This document shows, one piece after another, positions 42,843-53,482 of a stretch of 64,000 bases of DNA. A program made the position numbers and the translations under genes. Below the pieces are notes generated by a model, which had not been told where the DNA came from, ran no database searches, and saw only the letters and a list, made by a program, of their open reading frames with translations. Every line of letters starts with the position of its first letter. Position 1 is the first letter of the stretch. The DNA is from a phage, in sequence record PX104378.1; one strand, written 5' to 3'.

Positions 42843-43537
42843 TATACCACCTTCTTCTTGCAGTTGTCACCATGCCATCTAACATAATTTCCCTGATTGG
42901 CTGTTTTTCCACAATGAGGACAGGTGAAATACGGACGAGACTTTGACAATTCACTATATTTTTGTTTCATTTCTGGCGTGTTATGAATACGTTTCCATTT
43001 CTCTACGTTTTCTTGTGACAACTTTCTACCCTTACCCGCTTTAGAGATGTTGTCTCTCCATTCTTGTGTAATTTCTCTTGACGCAATATTTCTTTTATGT
43101 TCTTCTGTAAACACTCTACCTTTTAATGAAGCAGATAATTTCTGTCGATGTTCCTCAGATAATTTAATTCCTTTTCTCTTTCCTTTAGTTGCTTCTGATA
43201 TTCTGCGTCTAGTCTCTTCGGATCTTTTTCTTCCTGTATGAAATTTTCTTGAAGTCTCGACCGCAAGTTTTCTTACCCACTCAAATTGTTTATTGTTATA
43301 GTTGGTAGACCCCATCAATATTTTCGCCGCATGTACAATTCCGTGATGTGTTGGATGCATTTTTGCTAAAAGTTGATGAGCAACAAAATGTTCAGACCCC
43401 GTTAATTCAACTATATTTTCTGGACTATCATCGCCTCCCATACAACGAGGAATAATATGATGTTTTTCTTTATATCCGTCAAGCGTTCTATGCTTTGCGC
43501 GTTCAATTAATCGATCATAATGTTTTTGATAGTCCAT
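42842..43537 (-). CDS. HNH homing endonuclease (HNH + NUMOD-like repeats + C-terminal zinc finger)
   Basis: HNH signature EKHHIIPRCMGGDDSPENIVELTGSEH, basic repeat region, CPHCG..C tail; stop overlaps gp4 start (TAATG). Confidence 0.8.
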   Translation of the reverse strand: MDYQKHYDRLIERAKHRTLDGYKEKHHIIPRCMGGDDSPENIVELTGSEHFVAHQLLAKMHPTHHGIVHAAKILMGSTNYNNKQFEWVRKLAVETSRKFHTGRKRSEETRRRISEATKGKRKGIKLSEEHRQKLSASLKGRVFTEEHKRNIASREITQEWRDNISKAGKGRKLSQENVEKWKRIHNTPEMKQKYSELSKSRPYFTCPHCGKTANQGNYVRWHGDNCKKKVV

Positions 43538-43552
43538 TTTAGCACCCTTTAT

Positions 43553-43560
43553 TATAAATA
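43553..43560 (+). promoter_or_regulatory. T4-type late promoter TATAAATA for gene 53
   Basis: Exact TATAAATA 32 nt upstream of gp53 ATG at the start of the plus-strand late block. Confidence 0.7.
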
Positions 43561-43592
43561 CATAATACTATTTATCAATTGAGGGTGCTAAA

Positions 43593-44147
43593 ATGCTCTT
43601 TTCTTTCTTCCCTGCCATTGAATACAACGGCAAGATGATTACTGACATTGTGCGCAATTACCGCGCATATTTCAACGCAATAATTTCTGATTATAACATA
43701 CAAACATATTACATTCAAGGTAGTCCACGACCGGAACAAGTTGCATATGAAGTATACGGAAACCAGCAACTTTATTGGATCTTGCTGATGCTTAATGACG
43801 TATACGACCCGTTCCATGACTGGATCACCGATCAAGAGACAGCATATGAGTCAGCCGAACAGCGATATGCAAATGTAGGAGGAAATCAAGTATTATACCA
43901 CGTTGATATTGACGGAAACAAGTATTGGAATCTTACCGAATATCCGAAAGGATCAAGCAATTGGTATGATAAAGGAGATATTCATCATCGTCATTTGCAG
44001 TTTCATGGTGCATTATCGGCAGTAGACACTCTGGAAGATGCGATTCTCCGCAATGAGGAACGACGCAAGATCAAGATCATAGATCCTACACAAATTAAAC
44101 AATTTATTAACGCATTCATTCGAGAAATGGAAAAGGCTGATGTGTAA
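43593..44147 (+). CDS. 53: gp53 baseplate wedge protein
   Basis: MLFSFFPAIEY..YYIQGSPRPEQVAYEVYGNQQLYWILLMLNDVYDP parallels T4 gp53; TATAAATA late promoter 32 nt upstream. Confidence 0.9.
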   Translation: MLFSFFPAIEYNGKMITDIVRNYRAYFNAIISDYNIQTYYIQGSPRPEQVAYEVYGNQQLYWILLMLNDVYDPFHDWITDQETAYESAEQRYANVGGNQVLYHVDIDGNKYWNLTEYPKGSSNWYDKGDIHHRHLQFHGALSAVDTLEDAILRNEERRKIKIIDPTQIKQFINAFIREMEKADV

Positions 44148-44158
44148 GGTGATTAATT

Positions 44159-45958
44159 ATGCTAATGTTTAATAACTCCGTTAAATGGTTTACCGGAATT
44201 GTAGAAAACAGAGAAGACCCATTAATGTTAGGCCGAGTTCAGGTTAGGATTCATGGTATACATCCTTCGCTATCCGCACACGGTGACATTCAAGGTCTTC
44301 CAACCGAAGATCTATTATGGATTACGCCAGTGCAAGATATTACAAGCGCGGCGATCTCCGGTATAGGTCAAAGCCCTACTGGTATTGTTGAAGGTTCAAT
44401 GGTATTTGGTTTGGCTTTAGATGAACGTTATTTAAACTGCGTTATTCTGGGTACTATTGCCGGACAATATACAGAGAAACCACTCACTACAGAAGGTTTT
44501 TGCGACCCTTCTGGTGCATATCCTCGTTATATTGGTAATGATGTTAATATTCTTGCTCGTGGCGGTATTAACCCAGAAACCGGACAAACAACAAAACCTG
44601 ATAGTGTCTATATTCGAGATGAAAACACTGGGGTTGCAGTAAATCCAGACGACGAGCCATTAGACCAAATTCCGGTTGACGATAACCCAGAATACACAAT
44701 AGAAAAAATGCTGCGGGGCGATGAGGGATATCGCGAGAAATGGTATCTTGATTCAGAAGGATATCCGACAATAGGCATCGGGCATTTGATCATTTATAAG
44801 AAAACCAGTGATCTGGGTATTATCAATAATGAACTTTCTAAGCTGGTAGGGCGTGAAGTTACAAACGGAAGACTTACAGCCGAAGAAGTTAGTAAAGTAT
44901 TTGCTGACGATATAGAAAAGACTCGTCGTGATATGCGCAAACATCCACGAATTGCACCTGTCTATAATAAGTGTAATGCTTCTCGTCGTATGGCATTAGA
45001 AAATATGGCGTTTCAAATGGGTGTTGGTGGATTGGGTAAATTTAAGAATAGTCTTGCTGCAATGTTAGCGGAAGAATGGAAACAAGCCTATGATGGATTA
45101 CGTCAATCTGTATGGGCTAACCAAACTCCAGGACGTTCAAGCCGTGTATCTAAAATTATTTTAACTGGTAACTTAGAATCATATGGCGTAATTGCTCCAA
45201 AGAAAGAGGAATCAATTTCGGATGATCCGCGAGCACGTTTGAGAAATGCCCGTATTGCTGCCTATAAGACGCAGAGAGCAGAAGAAGACCCAGAAGCACC
45301 GTTTACCCCACAAGACACACGAATCATGTTTAAAGAGCCTAAGAGTTCGTATTCTGCAAGGTATCCTTATAACCATGTGTACGAGTCAGAGAGCGGTCAT
45401 ATTATCGAGATTGATGATACTCCTTCTCACGAACGTTATCACCGCAAACATCCTTCTGGTACATTTGAAGAAACCAGACCGGACGGAACGAGGGTAGAAA
45501 AGATTGAAGGTGATGACTATTTGATCGTTAAGCAAGGCCGCAAAGTCAACGTTAAAGGAAATCTGCAAGTTGTTGTTGAAGGTGACGCGCAAGTTTATTA
45601 TATGGGTAATGTAATGCAAACCGTTGATGGAAACGTTACTGAATTTGTTCGTGGTAATGTTAATCAGACCGTCGAGGGTACTGCAAATATGCATGTTGTC
45701 GGTGATGTTATCGCACAGCTTGACGCTAATTTGACGGCTAACGTCAAGGGTAATGCTGAATTAATGATCGAGGGTAACACTACCGAGACAATTAAAGGTA
45801 ACTATGATTTAACCGTTGAGGGTAATTTTAATATGACCGTCAATGGCACTAAATCAGATCAGGTTAATGGTGACTGGTCCCGTAATTGTGGTGCAAGCGT
45901 TAAAGATATTGCATCCGGTACAGTTAAAATTGATGGTAGCCGTATTGATCTTGGGTGA
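44159..45958 (+). CDS. 5: gp5 baseplate hub subunit / tail lysozyme
   Basis: N-terminal OB-fold region like T4 gp5, lysozyme signature LDSEGYPTIGIGHLI, C-terminal VxGxxxxxV beta-helix repeats. Confidence 0.95.
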   Translation: MLMFNNSVKWFTGIVENREDPLMLGRVQVRIHGIHPSLSAHGDIQGLPTEDLLWITPVQDITSAAISGIGQSPTGIVEGSMVFGLALDERYLNCVILGTIAGQYTEKPLTTEGFCDPSGAYPRYIGNDVNILARGGINPETGQTTKPDSVYIRDENTGVAVNPDDEPLDQIPVDDNPEYTIEKMLRGDEGYREKWYLDSEGYPTIGIGHLIIYKKTSDLGIINNELSKLVGREVTNGRLTAEEVSKVFADDIEKTRRDMRKHPRIAPVYNKCNASRRMALENMAFQMGVGGLGKFKNSLAAMLAEEWKQAYDGLRQSVWANQTPGRSSRVSKIILTGNLESYGVIAPKKEESISDDPRARLRNARIAAYKTQRAEEDPEAPFTPQDTRIMFKEPKSSYSARYPYNHVYESESGHIIEIDDTPSHERYHRKHPSGTFEETRPDGTRVEKIEGDDYLIVKQGRKVNVKGNLQVVVEGDAQVYYMGNVMQTVDGNVTEFVRGNVNQTVEGTANMHVVGDVIAQLDANLTANVKGNAELMIEGNTTETIKGNYDLTVEGNFNMTVNGTKSDQVNGDWSRNCGASVKDIASGTVKIDGSRIDLG

Positions 45959-45966
45959 GGTAACTA

Positions 45967-46533
45967 ATGGTTGAAATTCTTCCGATGAGTTCAAAATTGG
46001 AGGATATCAGCGAGCGAGAACTCTTTGAGGTGGTGTTCTCTTATAAAGCAACGCCACCTGATGCAAACACCACATACACGATTAAAGAGTTTAAGATCAG
46101 CGAGTATCGCCCTAATAAGGGCGTTACCGTTGAAGAAACTAAAATATCTGGTGAGTATCGGGATAGTTTTTCGCTTGGCGCGGATTCTCTTAAATATATA
46201 ACGAAAGATAGAATTAAAAAATCTGCCGGAAGTTTTGATGATTTACCAGATCCAACTACCGCAGATCTATATTATTTTAACGCTCCTACACGTCTACAGG
46301 AGGTTTATACTTATAAAGTAACCCTAACCTATATCCAATCTGTTTCAGAGTCTTCTGGGGGGTCTGGTGAAGGAAATAGTGGTGGTTCCAATAGCCGAGA
46401 GGGTGCTGGTGAAACTAATCCGCCTCCGGTAGTAACCGAGCACACAATAGAGAAAGTTTATACTCAAACCGTTTTTGGAAATTGGGATGTGTGGAGTAAA
46501 CAGTTAAGAGATTATGTACATAGGGGTGTTTAA
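45967..46533 (+). CDS. 5.1: gp5.1-like baseplate-associated protein
   Basis: Position between genes 5 and 5.4 as in T4; Gly/Ser-rich central linker. Confidence 0.55.
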   Translation: MVEILPMSSKLEDISERELFEVVFSYKATPPDANTTYTIKEFKISEYRPNKGVTVEETKISGEYRDSFSLGADSLKYITKDRIKKSAGSFDDLPDPTTADLYYFNAPTRLQEVYTYKVTLTYIQSVSESSGGSGEGNSGGSNSREGAGETNPPPVVTEHTIEKVYTQTVFGNWDVWSKQLRDYVHRGV

Positions 46534-46826
46534 TGGCTGGATTATCCTACGATAAAGCTAAAACTACAGGGCACGGAAACTACCCACCTACGGTAATTAA
46601 TGCAACTCAATCTAAGGTATTTGTTGAGGGTATCCCTGTATTAGTCGAAGGAGACCCAATTACACCACATACAAAAACAACAAAGCCTTATGATACACAC
46701 GGGGGAACTACGGTCGCCAGTACCCCGAAAGTATTTGTTACCGGAAAGAAAGCAATTCAAATGGCAGATCGTATTAGCTGTGGCGATACCGTCGCTATGG
46801 CATCACCGAAGGTATTCATAAAATGA
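46533..46826 (+). CDS. 5.4: gp5.4 PAAR-repeat spike tip protein
   Basis: 97 aa; [56 protein letters not shown] matches T4 gp5.4. Confidence 0.9.
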   Translation: MAGLSYDKAKTTGHGNYPPTVINATQSKVFVEGIPVLVEGDPITPHTKTTKPYDTHGGTTVASTPKVFVTGKKAIQMADRISCGDTVAMASPKVFIK

Positions 46827-48727
46827 CAAAGCAAAAGATTACACAAATTCCTGATATTTTTAATGCTGCTACATTCGATGAAATTAAAAGCGCATTAACA
46901 GACTGGATGAGAAACCAGGAAGAATTTAAAGATTTTGATTTTAATGGTGCTGGTATTAACGTATTGATGGACTTGCTCGCATATAATACCCTTTATATTC
47001 AGCAATTCGCCAACGCCGCGCTATATGAATCTTTTATCAGAACGGCAATTAAGCGTAGTTCAGTTGTTCAAGCCGCGCAAGATTTAGGATATTTGCCAGC
47101 AAGTAAAACTAGTGCATCAACTACAATTATGTTGCATGTATCACATCCACGAAATCCGGCAAGTATTCGAATCCCACGAGGAACTAAATTTATTGCAAGT
47201 GTGGATCGCCAGACTTCTTACCCATTTGTGACTACAGAAGACGTTGTGAGCGTTTTAGGTTCAAATGGTTTATATACGCCTATGCTTAAAGTTGCGCAAG
47301 GTCGTATTGTTCGTACAGAAATGTTATTTGATCCGAAGAAACAAATTCTGATCCGCGATCCTGATATTGACCGCGCTCAGGTTAAGTTGTGGGTAGACGG
47401 TGCTGAATGGAAAGACTGGACACGAGAAAGTATTGTTAATGCAACTGGCGCTAGTAATATTTTCTATATGCGCGAAACCGTAGATGGACATACAGAAATC
47501 TTCTTTGGTGAAGGTGAATCAACTTTATCTGCTGCTGGCGGTGCACTGGAAGCAAATTATATTGGTGGACTTAAGCCGTCAACTGGTGCTAATATTGTTA
47601 TCGAATATATCAGCACTAAAGGCGCGGAAGCTAACGGTTCAGTCAATTTCACATACGCGGATACCCTTGCATCTATCTCTATTGTTAAAATTATTGAGAA
47701 TCCGACAAATGATCGTGATTATGTCGGTGCAGATGGTGGTGGTGATCCTGAATCAATCGAACGTATCCGTGAACTTGCTCCGGTAATGCGTGAATCTCAG
47801 CGTCGTTGTGTAACTGCTTCCGACTATGAGGCTTTTGTTTCCAGCCGATTTGGTAGTATTGTTCAGGCGGTACAGTGTTTCACCGATCGAGAAAAACCAG
47901 GTTATGCTTTTGTTGCTGTTAAGCCTAAATCTGGCTTGCGCTTGACAACTGTTCAAAAAGAAGATATGCGGGATTATCTGGCAAAATATAATCTTGCCCC
48001 TATCACACCGAGCATCATTGACCCTAACTATCTGTATATTAAACAGAATATTAAAGTATCCTATTCAATCAATGACTTATCAGAATCAGAGCAGTGGTTG
48101 CGCGGTGCGGTTATTGATCAGATTGATGCATATTATACCGACGAAGTGGAAATTTTTAACCAGACCTTTAGTAAGTCTAAAATGCTTGCGCGTATTGACA
48201 AAGCTGATGTATCTGTGATAGGTTCTAGTGCAGAAATCGAGATGGTGCGAGAGATCGACAACTTCTATAAAGCGCCTATGGCGGGAATCAAGTTTTTAAA
48301 CCAGTATAAGAGCGGAATCAAGTCTAGTTCATTCAACTTCGAAAAGGACGACAAGCAATATCCGATCCATTATGTAAGTACAGAAATGAACAAAGAATCC
48401 GGTTTGGCTAAATTGCTGGTTGGACCTTTCCCTGTTGGTTCTACAATCGCTTTACCGCACTATTCCGGCACTGATTTTGATAAAGAGATTATCGACGGTG
48501 CGGACCTATACTTTGAGGTTGGAGAGGTTCAGCATTATGAAGACCTTATTTCATGGGATCTGGGTAAACTGAATATCAATAGCGATCGCTTTACTGGTTC
48601 ATATATTGAGTTGACAGCTAAACCGATTGCTGATAACATTTTTACTAAAGACGGTTCTTTGATCGTGTTTGAAAACGATCTCCGTCCTCAGTACACAACT
48701 ATTAGTCTGGAGGCAATTGCTCAATGA
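46823..48727 (+). CDS. 6: gp6 baseplate wedge protein
   Basis: [30 protein letters not shown] and [18 protein letters not shown] match T4 gp6. Confidence 0.95.
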   Translation: MTKQKITQIPDIFNAATFDEIKSALTDWMRNQEEFKDFDFNGAGINVLMDLLAYNTLYIQQFANAALYESFIRTAIKRSSVVQAAQDLGYLPASKTSASTTIMLHVSHPRNPASIRIPRGTKFIASVDRQTSYPFVTTEDVVSVLGSNGLYTPMLKVAQGRIVRTEMLFDPKKQILIRDPDIDRAQVKLWVDGAEWKDWTRESIVNATGASNIFYMRETVDGHTEIFFGEGESTLSAAGGALEANYIGGLKPSTGANIVIEYISTKGAEANGSVNFTYADTLASISIVKIIENPTNDRDYVGADGGGDPESIERIRELAPVMRESQRRCVTASDYEAFVSSRFGSIVQAVQCFTDREKPGYAFVAVKPKSGLRLTTVQKEDMRDYLAKYNLAPITPSIIDPNYLYIKQNIKVSYSINDLSESEQWLRGAVIDQIDAYYTDEVEIFNQTFSKSKMLARIDKADVSVIGSSAEIEMVREIDNFYKAPMAGIKFLNQYKSGIKSSSFNFEKDDKQYPIHYVSTEMNKESGLAKLLVGPFPVGSTIALPHYSGTDFDKEIIDGADLYFEVGEVQHYEDLISWDLGKLNINSDRFTGSYIELTAKPIADNIFTKDGSLIVFENDLRPQYTTISLEAIAQ

Positions 48728-51700
48728 TTAAAGCGCCTAGTGTAACTAGCTTGACAATAGAAAAATTGTCTGCTAATCAGGCGTATATCACATGGGATGA
48801 CGTAGGCGAAAACTTCTTTTATTTTGTGGAGTTAGCCGAAACCAGAACAAGAGACGGGGAGATCATCCCCGTCGATGAGTTAAGCTGGGTAAACCTGGGA
48901 TATACTGCCGATCAAAACTGGTTTGAGGACAAAAACCTTTTTCCAGAATATTATTACAAGTTTCGTGTAGCAGTAGCCGCAGAAGGATTTGAACAAAGTA
49001 AATGGATTGAAACAGAAGAGTTTCAGACATTTAAAACAAACGCATATAATTTTTCTATGATGCGAGAGTTCAACCTTGCAAACGAGTTTATAAAGGAAAA
49101 ATTTACATACGATAATAGAGAGTATGTAAAGTTTAATACCGACCTGATTCAAGCATCATTGATGAAGGAAGATTTTGTCTTTAGTCCTGAATATGCAAAC
49201 ATGACAAATATCTCAAACTACATTGTAGTTGATGAGAACTTTCATGAAATACAGGACCACATAGAAAAAGTCTGTACGGACATAAACCGCACAATGTTAG
49301 CGGAAATGAACGGTGTTTTGTACCTTTTCGAACGGTTCCAGCCGATCGTCAAAGTATCAAACGATAAAGGTCAATCATGGAAAGCATACAAGGCTTTTAA
49401 TGATCGTATAGGCAATCCGGTTTCCCGTACATGCGTTTATCAGTCTAAAACCACTACTTACGTTTTAGGATATGACCGAATCTTTTACGGACGACAAGCT
49501 AGCGATACTCGATGGAGCGCGGACGATGTTCGATTTAGTGATGATACGATCACTTTTGCAAAGGTTGGTGACGAGAACGATTTAGGCTTTGATGTTGAGG
49601 TATTTGGCGTATTTTCCAGATTAACAGGCGACACCACAAAATACGCCGAAGCTATGGCATGTAGTGATGACTATTTGTGGGTTGGTGCTAAAGATGTTAT
49701 TCGCCGGATTCGCCTTAAGAATACTCCTGTTGATACCGTACAGGGTTCGCCTACGTTTGGAGAAAAAATATTCGATCCTGATGTTATCCGAGTAACAGGA
49801 AATGATAAAGCTGTCATTCAGAAAATGGATGTGATCGACGGTAAATTGCTTGTATTTGTTACGGGTGAAGTTAAACAGCGTTATCAAGATCCAACTAAAC
49901 CGGAAAACGTTGTTCCGTCAGATGATGCGGGTGTATACTTAATCGGGAGTGATGGTCTGTCTTTTCAGAGAGTATTTGGCAACACTCCGCAGGAAAGGGA
50001 ATATATTCAGCATGGGTTCAGTAATATGTCAACCAATGGTGATGAGGTGTTCATAAGCCATTATAATCATCACTTCGAAAGCATTTTACCTGATCCAGAA
50101 ACTGCCGCGAAATATGAATTGGGCGAAGCTGTAAAATATTCTCAAGAGCCAACTTATCTAACTGATAAGAAAATACATCAAACTACTTTCAGAGCAAGTT
50201 ATGATGATTTGCGTATTTGGGAGTTAGGACCGCAAGCGTATTATAATGAGGCTGATTATACATGGATGCGTCGAAACGGTGTCCGTGTGTGGATCACAAA
50301 TGATAATCGCCCGTTGGTTGTTTATCCAGAGGTTATCTATACTCAAGAAGTTGATACGTCTGGCATTCTTGACCAAAATAGGGTTAACCGAGAAGTTTAT
50401 GATAAAGGGACCGTGACCTGTTATCTTAACAATGTTAAATTTGAAGGATTCAAACAATATGCATCCGGTGTAATGTTCCATAAAAACACGGGAGAGATCA
50501 TAGGATTCTATCAATTTAATTATCGTGTTCGTGATCAGGTTGGTGTATATTGGAAACCTACAAATGTAGCATTTGTTGCTGAATTGCAAAATCAGGTTAG
50601 AGAGGTTCCCTGGGTTCCGGTTCACTACGATCGAGAGCAAGATCCAGATTTGCGACCTTTACTGAATAAGATGACACCGGATAGCTTTTTACTTGAGAAC
50701 GAAAATTTCAGAAAATTCTCTGAATATTATCTGCAATTCTTAAGTGATGGTTCAGGAACATATTATAATAAACTAAAAAATCTGATTAAAAACAAATATC
50801 CACGCGAGCAAGATGCATATGAGTATCTTTGGTCCGAGATGAACAAACGAAACATCTATGCAGATAAAAACAAGAGAGATGCGGTAGTAAGATTCTTTGA
50901 ATCCCGCAAATCAGATTTTTATTCCACTAAGGGCGTGGAGGCTTCTTATAAGTTCTTGTTTAAGTTACTTTATAATGAAGATGTGGAAATTGAGGTTGAA
51001 TCACAAGCCGGACTAGAGTATGATATTGTTGTTAGTTCAACGAACATTGACGAGGATATCGTAGGTCGCACGATTTATACTCCGACCGGACGGGCTAACG
51101 TGACGTATCTTGAAAGGGAATATGAAGGTGGTCGCCTACGCTGGCGAGTAACCATTCATAACCTGATCGGGCGGTTCGAAGAAGGACAAGTGATCAAATC
51201 AGAGAAAACAGCGTTTGAAGGGATGATCCTTGTTGGTGTACGTGGTAAAGAGTTGTTGAGTAGTTCAATCGACTATATCAACCGCTCACGAAGCCAATAC
51301 ACCATGAAGATTAAAAGTGCATTGCCAGTTTCGCGCTATGCAAATGATGTAATGCGATTCGTTCATCCTGTCGGCTTTGGGTTTATCGGTGTTACCCTGC
51401 TTACGATGTTCATTAACAGCGGGTTGAGCATGAAGCACACCGAGACTATAATTCAATCTCTGAAAAATTATAAGTTTGACAGCGGATTGCCTAGCGTGTA
51501 TCCTGATCGGGTGGCAGACCTTGACGTTGACGGAAACATTAAGAAAGACCCGCTTACCGGAAAAGCATTATATTTGACTTCACCTTTAATTGGTGATGAA
51601 TTTCCGGTTCCTCCTGAATATGATCAGGAGAACAGCGAATTGTTCCACGGACTTAAAGCAAGCGAACGAAGATTTGCAATGAGTCCACTGTTTGACCAGT

Positions 51701-51810
51701 CGGCGGTAACATTCTCTATGTTCCGTGAACTTGTAGATAAACGGTTGAAGGATAATATAGGGAATCCACGCGATCCGAAGAATCCGACACAGAGGAAAAT
51801 TAATGGCTAA
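48724..51810 (+). CDS. 7: gp7 baseplate wedge protein
   Basis: 1028 aa (T4 gp7 1032 aa), translationally coupled between gp6 and gp8. Confidence 0.9.
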   Translation: MIKAPSVTSLTIEKLSANQAYITWDDVGENFFYFVELAETRTRDGEIIPVDELSWVNLGYTADQNWFEDKNLFPEYYYKFRVAVAAEGFEQSKWIETEEFQTFKTNAYNFSMMREFNLANEFIKEKFTYDNREYVKFNTDLIQASLMKEDFVFSPEYANMTNISNYIVVDENFHEIQDHIEKVCTDINRTMLAEMNGVLYLFERFQPIVKVSNDKGQSWKAYKAFNDRIGNPVSRTCVYQSKTTTYVLGYDRIFYGRQASDTRWSADDVRFSDDTITFAKVGDENDLGFDVEVFGVFSRLTGDTTKYAEAMACSDDYLWVGAKDVIRRIRLKNTPVDTVQGSPTFGEKIFDPDVIRVTGNDKAVIQKMDVIDGKLLVFVTGEVKQRYQDPTKPENVVPSDDAGVYLIGSDGLSFQRVFGNTPQEREYIQHGFSNMSTNGDEVFISHYNHHFESILPDPETAAKYELGEAVKYSQEPTYLTDKKIHQTTFRASYDDLRIWELGPQAYYNEADYTWMRRNGVRVWITNDNRPLVVYPEVIYTQEVDTSGILDQNRVNREVYDKGTVTCYLNNVKFEGFKQYASGVMFHKNTGEIIGFYQFNYRVRDQVGVYWKPTNVAFVAELQNQVREVPWVPVHYDREQDPDLRPLLNKMTPDSFLLENENFRKFSEYYLQFLSDGSGTYYNKLKNLIKNKYPREQDAYEYLWSEMNKRNIYADKNKRDAVVRFFESRKSDFYSTKGVEASYKFLFKLLYNEDVEIEVESQAGLEYDIVVSSTNIDEDIVGRTIYTPTGRANVTYLEREYEGGRLRWRVTIHNLIGRFEEGQVIKSEKTAFEGMILVGVRGKELLSSSIDYINRSRSQYTMKIKSALPVSRYANDVMRFVHPVGFGFIGVTLLTMFINSGLSMKHTETIIQSLKNYKFDSGLPSVYPDRVADLDVDGNIKKDPLTGKALYLTSPLIGDEFPVPPEYDQENSELFHGLKASERRFAMSPLFDQSAVTFSMFRELVDKRLKDNIGNPRDPKNPTQRKING

Positions 51811-52798
51811 TGAAAATAGTGTGATCTATCGCTCAATCATTACTAGCAAATTCAGAACAGAAAAACTTATGAACTTCTATAATTCTGTAGGCGATGGAGC
51901 AAATCAAATTACAATTTATGGAACGTTTGGACGTTCGGAGCCGTGGTCAGAAAACGAAAAAGAGGTGGGCTTCGCCCCACCTTATCCGACCGATTCAACG
52001 GCTGGTGTTGTTGACATGTGGACCCATATGATGGGGGCGGTTAAGATTAACAAATCACTTCTTGATGCGGTTATCCCTCGTAAAGATTGGGGTGATACCG
52101 GACAGGATAACCCGCGCACATTCTTTATCAATGATATTGTTGTTGTTAACTCAGCACCATATAACCGAACTGATGTTGGTAGCGGCTGGATGATTTACCG
52201 TGTAACCGATGTTCCTGATCGCGGTTACTGCTCGATTTCAAGCATTGACGCTAAAGTAGAGTGTTTGAAGTTGGGCGGAAAGTGGACACCTACTCATGAA
52301 TCAATTGCGCCACCTGTAGGAAAGGGCGATTCTATTGATATGGGTGATGGATATCGTTGGGAATATCTGTACACAATTCCACCTGATGCGGCGATCAACC
52401 GTTGCACCAATGAACATATTGTTGTTCCCTTCCCAGATGAATTGAGACAAGATCCGGCGCGTTGGGGCTATGATAATGTGATCACCTGGTATAATGACTA
52501 TAATCTGCTTTATCGGCTGAAAGTAGTAACTTTGCGTTTTCAGGCTTATATGGACTCTGCGCAATTCCCAACTACCGCGTTAGTGGGTAATACTGGTTTC
52601 CGTCAGTTAAGCATTATCCTTAACCCATTGGAAAAGAAAGCACGCCCTAGCGATCCAGACGTTAAAGCGGTTAAAGATAAGTACCGACCGCAAGACTTAG
52701 AGCCACACTCAGGCGAAATGATCTACATGGAAAACCGACAACCTATCGTTCGGTCATTAGATCAAACAGAACTTGTTTCTGTATTGTTTGAGTTCTAA
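51803..52798 (+). CDS. 8: gp8 baseplate wedge protein
   Basis: SVIYRSIITSKFRTEKLMNFYNS..FGRSEPWSENEKEVGFAPPYPTDS..CTNEHIVVPFP matches T4 gp8. Confidence 0.95.
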   Translation: MANENSVIYRSIITSKFRTEKLMNFYNSVGDGANQITIYGTFGRSEPWSENEKEVGFAPPYPTDSTAGVVDMWTHMMGAVKINKSLLDAVIPRKDWGDTGQDNPRTFFINDIVVVNSAPYNRTDVGSGWMIYRVTDVPDRGYCSISSIDAKVECLKLGGKWTPTHESIAPPVGKGDSIDMGDGYRWEYLYTIPPDAAINRCTNEHIVVPFPDELRQDPARWGYDNVITWYNDYNLLYRLKVVTLRFQAYMDSAQFPTTALVGNTGFRQLSIILNPLEKKARPSDPDVKAVKDKYRPQDLEPHSGEMIYMENRQPIVRSLDQTELVSVLFEF

Positions 52799-52810
52799 GT
52801 GTATGATTTA

Positions 52811-52845
52811 AAAGCCAATTCGAGAGAGTTGGCTTTTTCTATTTT
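52811..52845 (+). terminator. intrinsic terminator after gp8
   Basis: Hairpin AAAGCCAA(ttcgagagag)TTGGCTTT followed by T-rich run. Confidence 0.65.
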
Positions 52846-52850
52846 GGGGG

Positions 52851-52878
52851 TTGACAATCTTGTCTGATAAGGTATAAT
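52851..52878 (+). promoter_or_regulatory. sigma70-type promoter (TTGACA-N16-TATAAT) driving inserted methyltransferase cassette
   Basis: Consensus -35 and -10 hexamers; downstream leader GCTCACATCTAAACAACGGAGGA nearly identical to the minus-strand PeSL leader at 10764-10792. Confidence 0.7.
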
Positions 52879-52907
52879 GCTCACATCTAAACAACGGAGG
52901 ATAAATT

Positions 52908-53165
52908 ATGGCACGTCGTAAATTTACAGATAATTGTGAAGCAATTCAGGTATCCCCTTGCGGTTGGGATGTGATCGCGAACGGTGAAAAGATCGGAGAG
53001 ATCATCGATCATACTCATTCATCACTAGCCGATTACACCGATGAACTATGGGAGGGTATTAATTGCGCTAACGTAACTAAACGATTCAAGACTATTGATG
53101 AAGCTATACATTTTGTGTATAATCCAACTTTCGGTATGTGGAGTAGTAGAAAATGGCACGCGTAA
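52908..53165 (+). CDS. hypothetical protein (85 aa), first gene of inserted cassette
   Basis: GGAGG RBS; starts ATGGCACG (MAR) like the two following genes; follows sigma70-type promoter. Confidence 0.6.
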   Translation: MARRKFTDNCEAIQVSPCGWDVIANGEKIGEIIDHTHSSLADYTDELWEGINCANVTKRFKTIDEAIHFVYNPTFGMWSSRKWHA

Positions 53166-53482
53166 ATATTAAACTGCATTACACAATGGGTAAACCAAAA
53201 CATCCAATGCATAAAGTGTTTTGGGGATTGCATCTTCAAGAAAAATGGCATGATAACTATTGGTTTTGTGACCATGATAAGAAGTGGCATTCTCAAGATG
53301 AAGTTAATGCGATGATGGAACAGGGTATCAAATTTAATTACTCTAATTATGACCATAACATTACTTGTATTCGAAAATTGAAACGGTTTATTCGAAAGAA
53401 TCCGCAATTTAAAAACTTTGTGTTCTTTATGTCTCATGTTTATTTGGGGCATAGCGTTACCGTCACTGCAAAGGTTAAATAA
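53153..53482 (+). CDS. hypothetical Trp/His-rich protein (109 aa), second gene of inserted cassette
   Basis: Overlaps upstream ORF by 13 nt; starts ATGGCACG. Confidence 0.6.
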   Translation: MARVNIKLHYTMGKPKHPMHKVFWGLHLQEKWHDNYWFCDHDKKWHSQDEVNAMMEQGIKFNYSNYDHNITCIRKLKRFIRKNPQFKNFVFFMSHVYLGHSVTVTAKVK

